Assembly: GCA_017654855.1 (NCBI GenBank)
Contig: CM030337.1
Coordinates: forward strand, 806,001 to 870,000
DNA length: 64,000 bases
DNA from: Podospora anserina
Lineage: Eukaryota
Direction: 5' to 3'
Part shown: positions 23,467-36,449 of the stretch, one piece after another
How the letters are laid out: each line of letters begins with the position of its first letter
How positions within the stretch are numbered: position 1 is the first letter of the stretch
The notes under the pieces: generated by a model
Databases searched by the model: none
What the model saw: only the letters and a program-made list of their open reading frames with translations
Told to the model about the DNA's origin: nothing
Position numbers and translations under genes: made by a program

Positions 23467-25657
23467 TCAATCTGGATGAAGAAGTGTTTCAAATCTGAGG
23501 GCTTTGCACCCAAAGGGATTCTGTCCACTGCGTGTTTCGAATCTCCTACAAAGCAGAGATGACACAATCAAGTAGTCAACTCGAATGCCGCCATTTCCAC
23601 ACGCATTCCTGGCGTCAATGCCCTGGCAAAGGAGATCAAAGTTCCCGGTGTTCCAAGACTTGGCCACGTGCGAAGCCGTCATCACAGCTAGCCACGCCAG
23701 GTTGAATTCATGTCGATCAAATCCCGAGGGAGCGGTGAGCTACTTGTCCAGTCCAGGCTCCAATGAGGTTGTTGGTTCGTGAAATTGCGATTCGGAGGTT
23801 TCGGCTTCCGGAAGTTCCCTACGTTTTTCCTGGTGCCTGCCGAGCTGAACTGAGGTCATTTTGATGTCCTGCTTGTAAGATAAAACTATTCGTGATTAAA
23901 CCAGTCCGGGAATTGGTGGCCATTGTGGAAATGTCTGTGCCATCCAGTCTGGGGAATCCTAGATGGTCTTTTTTAGAATCCACCGGCGGCGCTCGCCTCA
24001 ACCATTGTGGTGGAGCGCGTTGGTGAGGTTGAGCGTTCAGCCCCAAATCCACCAGGCTCGGGAGAAGACTGACCATTGCGATAGCTCATCTCCGCTCTCG
24101 GTAATTGGAATCGACACGAGGTCATCGTTTCTTCAAGAGGATTCTACAGATGTCTTGATCGTAGAGCGATGTCCAGTCTTCGGAACCACCGTTGTGGAAT
24201 CCATAAGCCGGTTCTTCTCCCGAAAAGCAGCAGCCTACCATACTATCCCTACTGGATCGGGTGATCAACATCTCACAGTTGGGGGTGTGTTTCTCTTGGC
24301 AATTGGTGAAGGCATCCAGCTCTTGGACAAATCATCGGTCTGGTCCGAACGGGCAACCCCCCTGATCCGACAAGTCGATGGCCTCCTGAGTCGACAGCGC
24401 AATGTTTTCGACAAGGCCATCGCCCCATAATTCTCTGGCAGATCGCGGTGGCTGAGCAAAATATTTGCACGTTGGAGTTGCTCAAGGGCAGCCACTAGAA
24501 ACGCGCTTGCTCCCACCCGAGGCATTCGGTAGGAACGACCCATGATGTTTGCAACGAGTGTTCAATATTGCCACCCTGGACGGCCTCGTCGGAGGGTACT
24601 CCTTTTGCTAGCCGCGGGGCATTTGCTCTTCCCATGGTATATCTGGATAACAGTCAGTTGACTGCTGAAGAGCATCACGAAGTGAACATACCCACAACCA
24701 TGCTGTACAGGACTTTGGCAGGAGGAGGAACCGAGTCCTGGTCTTTGATCCTATTTGATCATGTAATGCTTCCGTCTGCCAGACACCATGTCTCACCTAG
24801 GTTACGAGACCAACGTGTTTTTGCTGAGGTTTTGTACAACAATCCCTTGGCCCTCACTGTGAGCTGAGTATGCCTTCCGAAGGGGAATTGGAGACAAGGA
24901 TCGGTAGCCGGTGACTGCAACTGCCTTGAAAGGGAGACCATGAAAGCCAGTCTGGTCTTCATTTGTTCCACAACATGGGGCTAGAGGAACAGATAACCTT
25001 AAAATGACCATAGAAATACCATTGAGACGGATGCCATGCGGCAACCCGGATGGCGGCCAGCTGCATTCCACATCATGGCAGTAAACTCACATTTCGAGCC
25101 AATATCATCTTTGCCCAATGCAGCTGGCCGATGCTCATGATAACCTCAACATCAAATGGCCGGATGTCTCCTGTGCACTAGGATCTCTAGAAAGCCGCAA
25201 GCCTAGATAGATAGACTGCAACCTGGTGGCGCCGAAGATACGAGAGCGGTGAGTGAAGCTGTTGCAGACCCAAGTTGGCACTCGATAGTGCAACAACCTT
25301 GGTTCGACAACCACTCTCATCACGGCAGCGCAACACTCTCTCGTGTCTCGATATTGAGCGGCAATGACTTGTGCTGTCTGAGACTGTAATCAGACTGGGT
25401 GGCGGGCGCAGCGAGGGTACCATTCGCGAACAAGCCGCAGCAGCCATCACGAACGTAGAGGAATCCTTCGACTCGAGCTCGAGTCGGAACTTCTTTGGTG
25501 GTGATATGTGCCTTGCCGATATGCGAGAGCGAGGAGACCAAGCCCGTTCGCCACGAACCGCTGCAGGGGAGACGGATGCCAGAGCTAGGTTTTCTTGGCC
25601 CTGCACCGCACGGTTTTGCAGAAGTTGAGTGCGCATACGCTATTCTCCGATAGGCAT
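23467..25657 (-). pseudogene. Degenerate coding-like relic (unidentified)
   Basis: CACCATG at 25657 is followed by an early stop. Protein-like fragments are scattered across frames and broken by stops and frameshifts (LNFCKTVRCRAKK; RSYRMPRVGASAFLVAALEQL; FDRHEFNLAWLAVMTASHVAKSW). Confidence 0.2.
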
Positions 25658-28600
25658 GGTGTTGTGGGTGAGTTTGGTGGATGACTGAATGGGATGTAAA
25701 AGACGACCATTATCGACGAGCGTGTGAGCGTGTGTGTGTCTCTGAATACTACATCCGCATTGACCTGTCAGTATCCGCTATTGGTATCGTCGCCTGTGAT
25801 GGAAATAGATCCGGCGTAGGAGCAGTATACCGTTGACAGCTAAAAGGGCACCGAGAAAGCAGAACTTAGGTCAGTTTCGATCCCGGTTTTTGCTGGTTGG
25901 TTGGATCTGCGTTTGATTCTCCGGCCGTTGGAGGGTGTGAATGCCCCTCATCAGTTCAGTCATCACAGACTGACCGCCAGACCCGTCATGGAGGGGTGAG
26001 AAGGAGAGAGCGTGTGATAACCACCCCTGAAGTGACGAAAGCGGGCAAGACGGTAAATCTTGGCCCTGGAAACAAAGTGCGATACGGGATCGGCTCCTCT
26101 CCCGGAAGCCCGAGTACGGCGGGTCTAGCCAAGACCGTGAGCATTCCTGGTGTTAGGAAACCAAGTGCCGGGGGGGCAGAGCCGGCCGTGTTTCTGAGAT
26201 GACGAGTTCGGCTGCTGGCATTGTTCATGCTCGCATCGTTCCGGGCTAAAGGCATGAGCCTAGAAGACGATCTCGAGGCGATCATGAAAACAAGGCATCA
26301 TCCATGACGGGGCTGCGGATGGGAGGATGAGTGAAGGTGAGGGTCGTCAACGGCGGCCGATCTGCAGGAGGACGTGGGAAGCTGCATGTGGATTCCTGTT
26401 TATCGACCAATTTGCCAGGCCTCTTTTCCCGGTCACATTGTCGTGATATGGAGCGGTGAGGAATGGGCTCGAAAGGGAAGGACCATTACGAAGCACCTGG
26501 CAGAAAATACCGCGAAGAGGGTTCTGGGTTCTGATGGTGAAGCAAGAGCGATTCTGGACCCCCCACTTCAGGTGAAGCAGATGTGGCCTGTGCAGCAGGT
26601 TACTCCTCTTCCAGCCAATGGCGTGTAAGACAACGTTACACCCACCCAAAGAACCACCTCGATTCTTGTCACACAACCGACCTGAGACCTTTAGGGCTCA
26701 GCGTCCCACGCAGGTACCGCCTGCCATCTGCCACTTGCCACCTGGCCGTCGATATCGGCTCTTTCTCAAGTCTTTGAAACTTTAAACAGCAGGTACTCCG
26801 TAGGACTGTCACTGTGATAGACCCTCACCTCTGTAACGATGCCACCGTGATGTAAGATATTCTAGCAGCCGTTGGACATGACGTCCGGAAATGGAGCCAG
26901 CTTTCGCCGTTCCACGTTTTGCCTCGGACTTGCTGCGAGTGATTGATCGATCAGTCAGCATTTTACTGAGTGGACATCTTATTGTTCCGGGGAAGCTCGC
27001 TCCTTCTCCCGGGCCACCAAATACGCAGTTGGACGTTGCCGGCGATAGCTGTGCCACACCCGGACAATTCGGGAATCTTGTGCTGGGCAAGAGAGCTCCA
27101 TGGAGCCTCTCCTGCGTACAGAGCAAGATTGCCGACGGCTGGATTGCACTTCAACTCGGCCGGGGGGACCTTGCTATTGATTCAGCCCGCAGCCGGTCCG
27201 TCTGCGGCGAGAAGGTCATCAATATCGGCGTCGTACGATGTTTGCGTCCCTAAGATCTAGATGCTGGCTTAGGTACTCCGTACTGAAGGTGAGAGGGGTT
27301 GAGCCCTGCTGGGCTAAACCATTCCTAATTCAGCGCAGCCCCTACCAGAACCGCGACAGCTCCGAAATGACCGATCTCGTTTATCGTTGTGACAGGAAGA
27401 TCTCAAACCAGCAGCAGTGATAGGATTGTTGTCGTGTTTGATGTATGCTCGTATCGACCTTGAAGGTTGTGATGAGTGGTGGGTTGGTGACAGACCAACT
27501 CAAGAGGAACATGGCATTCTGCAGGCAAGTGATCAATTCTCGCTGCATGCAGATGCAGAGGCATAACAGCGGGATGATATTGGAAAGGAGTCGCGGATCC
27601 TTGGTTGCCAACCGGGACGTTTGCCGGGCCTGGAAACACTCGACAAATCAGAGGGAATGCGCAACTGAGGCACAAAAGTCTCGCCACAGCCTCTATGGAT
27701 TTGAGGAGGCGGTCAGTCATAACTTCACATCAAAACGATGCTGTGAAAGACCGAGCCTCGGAGAACAGGTTATTCCATCCTACCGGACTTGGACAAGACT
27801 TGTTTGTTGGTCCAAATTGCTTGCATTTGCGTGAATCTGGTCTGTGGTTGTTCCCATCATCGAGGACTGGAATGGCCGAGCCTGAAGCTGCGAACGCTTG
27901 GTCTGTGCAATCATGCAACAAACCATGGAAACCCCAAGCTTTTGCGTTCGTCGCCACCAGCTGGTTTTTGTCGATACATTGGTCGACTGAACATACCTTT
28001 CTTGTTTCGATCGCTTTCATGCTGCGCTCTGCCCTCCATATTCTGCATCTAGAGCCCTCGTAATGCTTTAACCCCGACCTCGTAACCAGAGACCGGCAAA
28101 AAGGTAGGCCGAAGGCGAGTGAGGCAGTGGTTCAAGGCAGAAAGTGAGGTGGGGTTGAGATGTTTTCTGTTTCGACTCAGTTTCAGATGAAGTGATGAGA
28201 TTGCGGCTTCCTATTGGATGTCACGATAGTCCGGGGCAGTTGAAGTCTTCCACGTGCAGCCACGTTTTATCCCTGCAGAGATCGCCCCGCCCTATCGTAT
28301 CGAAATGACAGACTGAAGAGACTCGACTCTTGTGTGTTTTGCTTGAGCATTTCCAGCAGACTGCAGGTTCAAACAAGAGTCTGACATTGATGCCACCAGG
28401 TGATCAGAAAAGAAATTGATCCCTCGCGCGATGTCATCTGCCCCGTCATAGACCCCACATACAACGACCACCTGCTCACCCCACACTTGGCTGGTTGCGG
28501 GGAGGTGATGAGAATGACGGAGATGCTTCGTTATTCAGACAAGCCATCCTGAGAAAGGGGGCACACCTCTTGGCCGAGCTCGGGTCAACGGGCCAGTGCT

Positions 28601-31600
28601 GTGCAGATGGCTTCACGAACTCCTGCTGGAACGGTCCATAGATCTGCACCCAAGCCACATATCGGTAAAGAGTTGCTGTCAAAAAGTCAAGAAATAGCAA
28701 CAAAGCGTTGCGTCGGAGTTGTCAAGGACCAAACTCTCAGGTTGACAGGTTCGCCGCCAGAGTTGCACCAAAAGACTACCTTGATCCTCAGAATGCGGGG
28801 GACGGAAAGCAGAATCAAAAAAGTCTCCTTTCATCCCGCCTGGACACGGGCCTCAGGACCCTTCCCGCAGTGAATATCTCGAGAGTTGTGGCAAGAGGGT
28901 GCAAATGAGAAAGGGTTCGCGCATTGCAACATTCCATACCACACACACCATCACACCTTGTAGACGCAACTCAAAGACCAAACAGGATGGACTGCATCGG
29001 AGACCTGTTTTCCCAGCCCCTGACACACACACAGCTTGCCAGCTTGCGTAGAGGGGTGATGTCAGTCAGAAGTCCAACTAGGCACGTTGACGTTGTTAGG
29101 TATGGGTTCTATGTGCGTCAGGCATTACAAATATGACGCCTCTATATGCTGCCCGAGACTAGCGTTGTTTCTGACTTGACGATATCAGAGCGTACATAGG
29201 CGATTGCGAGGGCTGCACCTACTATGCCTATCCCATCCCACCATCATCCCGTCATAGACAGAAACGGCACTTGTCTTCCTAATCTAGTCATTGGGGCTTT
29301 CGGCCTTTGAAGCAAGCAGGCAGGCAGGCAGGTAGACGAGCAGACGGGACATCCTGCATCTATCGTGCCGTGCTGGTCTGGGGTACATTTGCAGATGCTT
29401 TACAGACTGGCCGCATGAGCTGCCAACTCATTCCTCTTGTGCCGTGGTCCCTCGAATCACAGAGTAGGTAAGTTGATATCTTTTGTATGTTTCTGCTTTT
29501 GATGCCACCACGGATCCACAAGACGTCGCACCCTTGCTGGTTCATCAAGGGTAGCAGAGCGCAGTGCGGGCAACCCTCGTTCATGGTGATGGTGTGGAGT
29601 AGCCAATCATGCTCCAGGGCAGCACACCAAACCTGCCGCGCACAGACTCTATCCACCAGAAGACCGGCCGCGCTCAGGCTTTGGAACAGGAGATTCTTTG
29701 CACGACAGATCTTGATCATAAGAGGTGAAAACGTGGAGGCAACAGTGGTCCGAGAGAGGAAGCCGCGAAGTGCCCTGGGAAACCAAAGAAGTGTCTCGGA
29801 TCGAAATCTCACAAGCGCCAGCAGCCGCCGGTTGCCGCAAGCGAGCAAAGCTTCAAACTCAATTCACCCAACCCACAGCGGGACTCAGGTACCTGGTTTG
29901 TTGGAGTTCCTGAGCAGCAACATCAATAACCTCACCCCTCAATAGACGTCATTCGCTTCGCCTGCCTGCAGACAGAGTTTTTCATCTCCTGCGATGCGGT
30001 GAAGGGCAGAACTTGATGGCTGGCCACGCTACGAGCCGTGTCTGCATCGTTCCTTCACAGCTTCCCCCACACCAAGTAGCACCGGCCACACCTCCTGTCG
30101 ATGCATTCTCTGCCGCCTCACCGTCCGTCATGTGAGCCTTCTCCTTCCTGGCCCCTTCTCGCCGAAGCATTCGGTATTTAAGCGAAACAATGTTACGGCG
30201 GCTTTTATTTACATACTGATTCAGCGGCCGGTCAAGCATGAACCCCTCCGTCGACGCAGCGGTGAGCCGGACGTCATGTACCGGTACCCCTCCCGTCGGT
30301 GGGTTCCACATCCGGCCTCCGTTCCTCTAAAAATGCTCGAGCCATATCTCCCAAGCAGCCAGTTTTGCTGCCGTCTGCCACCTCCTCATAACGACGACAG
30401 CGACCTAGACCGGCATCCGAGCCGTCCCGCGGCCGGCGTTGCGGCCTTCTACATGCTTTTCCTGCAAATCATGTCCTTCCCTCTTTTTCAAGCCACCCGT
30501 CGTTGCTTTGGGGTGTCGCTTCCCCGCAAAAGGACCAGCTTACCTGCTGCTCACATACAGTCCCTTTCTCATGCGATGCACTGCAACATCTAGAAACGCC
30601 ACAATGGTATTGGAAGAACCACCTGTTTCAGCTCTCTGGTAGCGGCAGCACACTTCACGTCTGTCGAATCGTCGTCGGTGGAGAGACGGGAGGGCTCTAT
30701 CACGGGTCTGGCCATGGTGTTGAGAACACCGGACTTCCCAGCGGGGGTATCCAGACCTCAGAAATCATTTCTACGGTTCGAAATTTTGCACAAGTACACA
30801 CGGCATAGGACATATATTGTTTTTTCGCCCTCCGCACAGCGGCGGCATCACACAGTGGCTGTTGTCCCAGCAAAGCCTATAGCAGGCCTGCTAAAAACCA
30901 CTGTCGATGGCAACGGCACGTCGTCCTCCAGCCGTCTTCCTTGCCATTCCGAGGGTTGAGAATATGGGGAATCCTTGTCAGACGGGTTCATCAGGCCCAC
31001 GCCAATCTCGAGGATTTCTCTGTTTCTCTGTTGCAATGAGGATGGTGGTGAGCCTTCCATTTCCACCAATGAGGAGTCTGATAGCTGGGGTGAGCTTGAA
31101 CAGAATTTCCCGTCAAACGAGTGCGGTGCTGGCCGCGACCTTTGGAACTGGACCAATCGATTACAATTTACTGGGCGCTCAGCGGTGGTCTGGGCCCCTA
31201 GCCTGACCATCTTGCTGGAGCCGCTAGATCCCCCAAGACCCCTCAGGAGAGACGCAAAGCTTACCCTGGCACCAGCCTCTATCCACAGGGCTATAACACA
31301 GGCATCGCTGTGATATCGCCAAAAGCAGAAGCTTTCCGCAGTTTGGTATACTAGAAAAACTGGTAATAAATGTTGGCTAAGAATCACAGCACACGAGGCG
31401 AGGCCTTGTTGACCGGCCGACACAGGATGGCCCCTGGACGGCGCCCTATTGCAATATTGACTGGAGGCTCTTCATTGCTAATCGTGAGCGGGGTTGGATG
31501 CGACCTTGGGATTATCACTGGTGTCCACAAAGAACGATCCAGCTCCTGCAATGCTTCATCATGCGGATATTCGCCAAATGCAAAGCACTTATCCGATCGA

Positions 31601-33900
31601 TCCAACGATACGACTAACGATGGCTAAGCAGGCCGTCCAGGATCCTCACCGCTTGACCAATCTCCCCTCGGCCTCTAGTTCCAGCGCATCCATGATCGCA
31701 GGCACGCGGGGCAACCACCATGAGGATGTTTACCAACTCCATCATGGCTTGATGTCTGTGAAACGCAGAAACAAGAAATGCCTCTGGGACAAAACAAAAC
31801 CACTTTAGCCTTTTCCCGTGACCATCACGCGCGTTTCTCTCGAACCGGCCGCTTCTCGCGATCATATCAGAGGCTAATATTCCATGCCTCTTCGAACACT
31901 GTCTTTTATGCATAGGATGATCGGTATTAACCTTGATAAAACAAGAAGAGCACGGCATGAACCCTTTGTCCCCGGGCAACGACAGGATCAAGACACGGAT
32001 GGAAACAGCCAACCCGGGAGGAAAGGAGAGACACGGTTCGAAGCGCCGTTTCCCCCCCTCTGGATATTGGATGTTTCGTTTGTTGCATTTTGTTTCTCGC
32101 TTCCCAGAGGACCGATTACACAAGGCTGGCTCGGCCTGTGGATTTGCGGGTCATTACAGAGCACGACGACTACGAAGGTACACGACAACGCCATTGTCAC
32201 CTTCACCGACGGTGTTTTGCTTTTACACGCCCCATTTTATTAGCGGTGGCCTTGTGTGATGAAGCTCAGGTGAGGTGGAATCGGGTTGTCTCGGCAGGGG
32301 TGGAGAAGGGATGGAAAAGGCGCCGGTGGTGGCCGACGCTGTCTGTCATCATCTGTAAGACGTTGGTGCTCTTGCATCAGAGACACAGCCAAAAAGACGG
32401 TTGATCAGTTTTTCAATTGGTCCAATTTCCCCCTTCCCGTCCCTTTGGTGTTTCTGGGACTTCTTTTTTCCCTCATCGATTCCTCTTTCCTTCCCGCTGC
32501 GTTCACAGGGTTGCGGGTAGGAGAAATAGCTAAACCGTTGCCGGCATTTCGCGGTGTCGATCTCTTGGGTAGGGTATCTCAGGCTGGGAACCCGAGCTAG
32601 CCGGCAGGGGTCTGCGACAAAGCTCTTTTTTTGTCCCCCCTTGATGGCAGAGGAAGAAGCAACAAGTGTCGTTGAGATTTTGGATTGTCTCCGAAGCTGC
32701 CCGGCTGCCGGTCAGGGGTTTTCTCGTCACGATCTTGTCTCTTTTCCTTTCTCCTCCCTTGCGATTCTTGTGTGTGTTGGGGCTCCGCCCGTCACACGTC
32801 TGGCTCACATTCGACTGTGAGGTTTTGCTGCAGGAGAGATGGGGTCTTCTCATGACAAGTGCAATCTTGTGGTGGGCCGTAGCTTCAACGCGGTTGCATC
32901 CTATGGTCGCATTCTAGGGCGGCCTCTAGATGCACTGCTGCACCACGCACACAGCTCTCTCTGATAGAGCGCTGGGAATCTCGCTGCTGTCGCAGTAGAA
33001 GCCAAAGCCGGACCGAGGGGGCTTTCCAAGGGCGAAGGGGGAGGCTGGTGTAACAGGACCTGAGACCGGGAATTGGGTTCTTTCGTCGGCAGTAAGAAAC
33101 AGGTGCCGGCTGGTCTCTCAATCTATCTGTTTTCCCTTATACATACTATCCAGCCCGCGGACGGGTTCCCCTATTGGCAAGGCCCTTCTTCACCTGCGGG
33201 CCGACTCGCATCGCTCACATCTCACAAAGATATCTCACATGTCAAAGTCCAGATTTCTGAAAGGCCGGGTTGGTGAAGTGCGAGGAGATATCGAAGCCAA
33301 GTCGTGTCGTCGTTGTACAGCAAGGCACAAACCACACAAACCAGCATCTCGGGTCGATTGTTCACCGGTCCACCGAACTCTCCGTGCTTCACAATCCTCC
33401 TCATCACCCATCCATCCATCTTGCCAGCAGTTTATCTCGTTCGGGTCAAGTGTCCATCCAGCTCTCTCTCTCTCTCGACTTGGCAGGCAGGGGCACACCC
33501 TTTTCTTCCTTACGACGGTAGCATCCATGGCAACCTCGCTTCGCACCTCTTTCCGCGGGGAACTCCCATCTTGTCCCTCCCCCCTCCCCCCTTCCCCCCC
33601 TTGCAAGGTACCAGTCGGGTTGCTCTCCAAGCCGGTAAGGTCTCGATCAGGGTTCTCGTGGCCGTTACAGGTACCTCTTGGAGTGTGACGGGTGACCACC
33701 TGGGGTACATGAGTACATACATGGGCTGCAGGTGTGTTATAATAATTGTCCGTGCGATTTTATGGGTGCATGGCTGGCTGGCTGGCTGCGAATGGGGTGC
33801 GGCTACCAAACTGTTTGAAGGGACTCCACCCGACTGGACGCGGAGGAGAAAGGGAGAGAGGTCCTCCTGTTCCTCTCATGGCCATTTCCCACACCAGAAG

Positions 33901-33921
33901 AGGAGGAGGAGGAGGAGGAGG
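33901..33921. repeat. (AGG)7 microsatellite
   Basis: Read directly from the sequence. Confidence 0.85.
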
Positions 33922-36416
33922 AGCGTCATGAAATACCTACCCTGAGGTATGCCCGATACATACATAGGTATCTTTTGTCTACACGGGTACATGGGTACAT
34001 CTTACAACAGCTCAAACTTCACACTTGTCCCCGGCAGGCAGGGCAGACAGACATGCATTCGCAGAGAAAGCAATTGTCAAGGTTTTGTCAAGGTTATTGG
34101 ATGTTGCCCCGCGATGGACAGGGACAGGCTACTTCCGGTCGCTGTCGTCTGCGCTAGTGGCATGCCGCTAGCAAGGGATAGGGGCTGCAAGCCCGAAGGG
34201 TTAAGACTGACGCGACTGACGCCAACGAGAAGAGTGAAGCGAGGTTTGATGGCGACCACTTCTCCTCTTTTTGCTCCTTTTTTTTTCTGTCTTTGCTTTT
34301 TCTTGTTACTCTTTTTTTTCTTTTTCTCCGTAGTGTGAGAGCTGCACGCTTCCTGCAGGGCCCGTCATCAGGCAGGCAATCTCTGAACCTGACCTTGCCT
34401 GTTCGATAACACTCAGCTGGCCCTGAGGGAAGTTCCTCTTTGGGATGAGAGCGATGTTGGTCTCTTGCCGTTTCGAGGAAAGCTCAGGTAAAAAGCAACG
34501 CTGTGGGCTGGGAACTGCAGCAGTCCCAAGGGGGGGGTTGGAAAGGGATGACCGACTACCTAGGTGAAGCTGGGGGAGCCGTCCCCAGTAAGCCTTCTAC
34601 CACTCACTCACCACTCGCTCGTCCCGTCCCTCCTCCATGCACTATCATCGTTACGGACCGGCGACGGGAAACAGAGAAGCAACAGAAAGACACAGGACAC
34701 GGCACACCTTTTGATCGGCACTCGTGATTTCTACATACTTTCCTGTCTCTTATCATCTCTGTTATTATTAGCCGTGTAATATCATATCCGGACGGTTCTC
34801 TAGATTCATATGTATATCTGAAGAAGAGGGGGTTAGGTACAAACACACAGAATCTTCCTAACCAACAGAAAAACATTTTCACCTTTTTTTCTTACCGTGC
34901 CGTTCGGATCCCGGATCCCAAATTCTTGACCTTGACTAGCTCCGGCACACTACGTCCAACGTTGGAGCGAGATATCACGAATGCTACGGCCGTCGGCCAG
35001 ATTTCTTCTTCACCTTGCAACAATTCGGAAACCCCTCACGCACAGCAAAGATGTGACTCTCGCTGCCGCACCTTGAGCACCTGATTTGCGCCCGGACGAA
35101 GGTCTGCAGGTTGGATTGTATAATCATCGCGGGGTTCTTCTTCTTGCACCAACCGCGTGCTGTATTTTGCAGACGGACGCAACACGACTCAAGAGCAGCA
35201 CACCTTGTAACCACCGCTCGGCCGCCACACACGGCTTACTTTTGGATCCTTTCTACAAGAGAGAGCGCTATACCTCTTGCAACAGAGGATACCACTCCCC
35301 ATCTTTGACGAACCCGAGCCCAGGCCACAGCGAGATCGCCGGAGCCACGTCTGGCCCACTGTCTGAACCAGTTTTTTCTCTGCATCAGGGTTGTATAGTA
35401 GCAGGAGAGCATCTAGAGCGAGCTGTCTAGAGTGGATGCGGTGTGTGCTCGGGCGTTGTTCACCTTTCACATCAGACAAGTTCCCGTCCCTCGTTCATAC
35501 CGACCACTGCTACTGTACAGAGAGATATCTCGACGTTGCAGTGCTGCGGTTTCCCTAGGGCTCAACATCCTGCCGTTCGTCCCTTTTCGCAGCACAAACC
35601 CATCACCATACCGCGCGGTTGACCTATCTTCCCCGTATTTTGTGACCTCTCCCCACATTTTGGACGGCCGGCGGGCGAGGGAGGCTTGGGGAGACCCATC
35701 ATCACCCCGAAGGGTATAGCAACCTCGATCTTATAGCCCTCATCAGACAACACGCACGCCACCAAGGGTTCTAAATACCCATGCCGTCCACGAGAAAAAT
35801 TGGGAGAGCCATTCCTCGTTAGTGTCCAATCTCGTCTAACAACCCAACACAACAATCTGTGGTTCTCATTCTGCTGCTCGGGTTCGCTTTCCCCTGCGTT
35901 GCGTGGATACATAACCCACGAGGAACCCCTTCCCACCCAGACCAAAAAGGAGTTTGTTGTTCATCTCGGTTTTTTTATTAATATTTTTATTTTTATTTTA
36001 TTTGTTTGCCCCAGTGTAGAAGAACAACGACGACAACGACAACATCATCGGAAGACAACCTCACGGAAACTTTTGAGAGGTTGACAACCGCACAGCAGCC
36101 AACAACCCTGTTACTATCTTACAGGGCTGACGACAAAAACCAGCCGGCCGCCGCGCGCCTGTTCCCGCTGCCTGTCTCGGTCAATTTCGGAGCTTAGGGA
36201 AAACCGTAAAGAAGAAACGACAAAAAGAAAAAGAGAGAGAGAAAGAAAAGTGAGAGAAAAATAGCAACAACAAGCAGCAGCAGCAGCAGCAGCATCCGCC
36301 AGCCCATCTTTTTCTTTTTTGGCAGGTCAACCGTTACGACAGATTTGAACGCGCGCCGTTCAGTAGCTCCAACTTTAAGATAGTTTAAGAAAGGGAGAAG
36401 GAGAGAAGCTGGGACG

Positions 36417-36443
<27 letters not shown>
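36417..36443. repeat. (AC)13 microsatellite
   Basis: Read directly from the sequence. Confidence 0.9.

Positions 36444-36449
<6 letters not shown>

Noticed and set aside
25469..25486. Perfect 18-bp palindrome CGACTCGAGCTCGAGTCG
   Set aside because: About 0.24 such palindromes are expected by chance in 64 kb (64000/4^9), and there is no supporting context.
20200..25700. Spok meiotic-driver or het/NLR gene around the transposon
   Set aside because: I found no coiled-coil repeats or kinase, HET, NACHT or WD motifs in the frames I could read.
34928..34940. 13-bp match GACCTTGACTAGC to the transposon's right subterminal region
   Set aside because: Too short, with no TIR or extension; compatible with chance.
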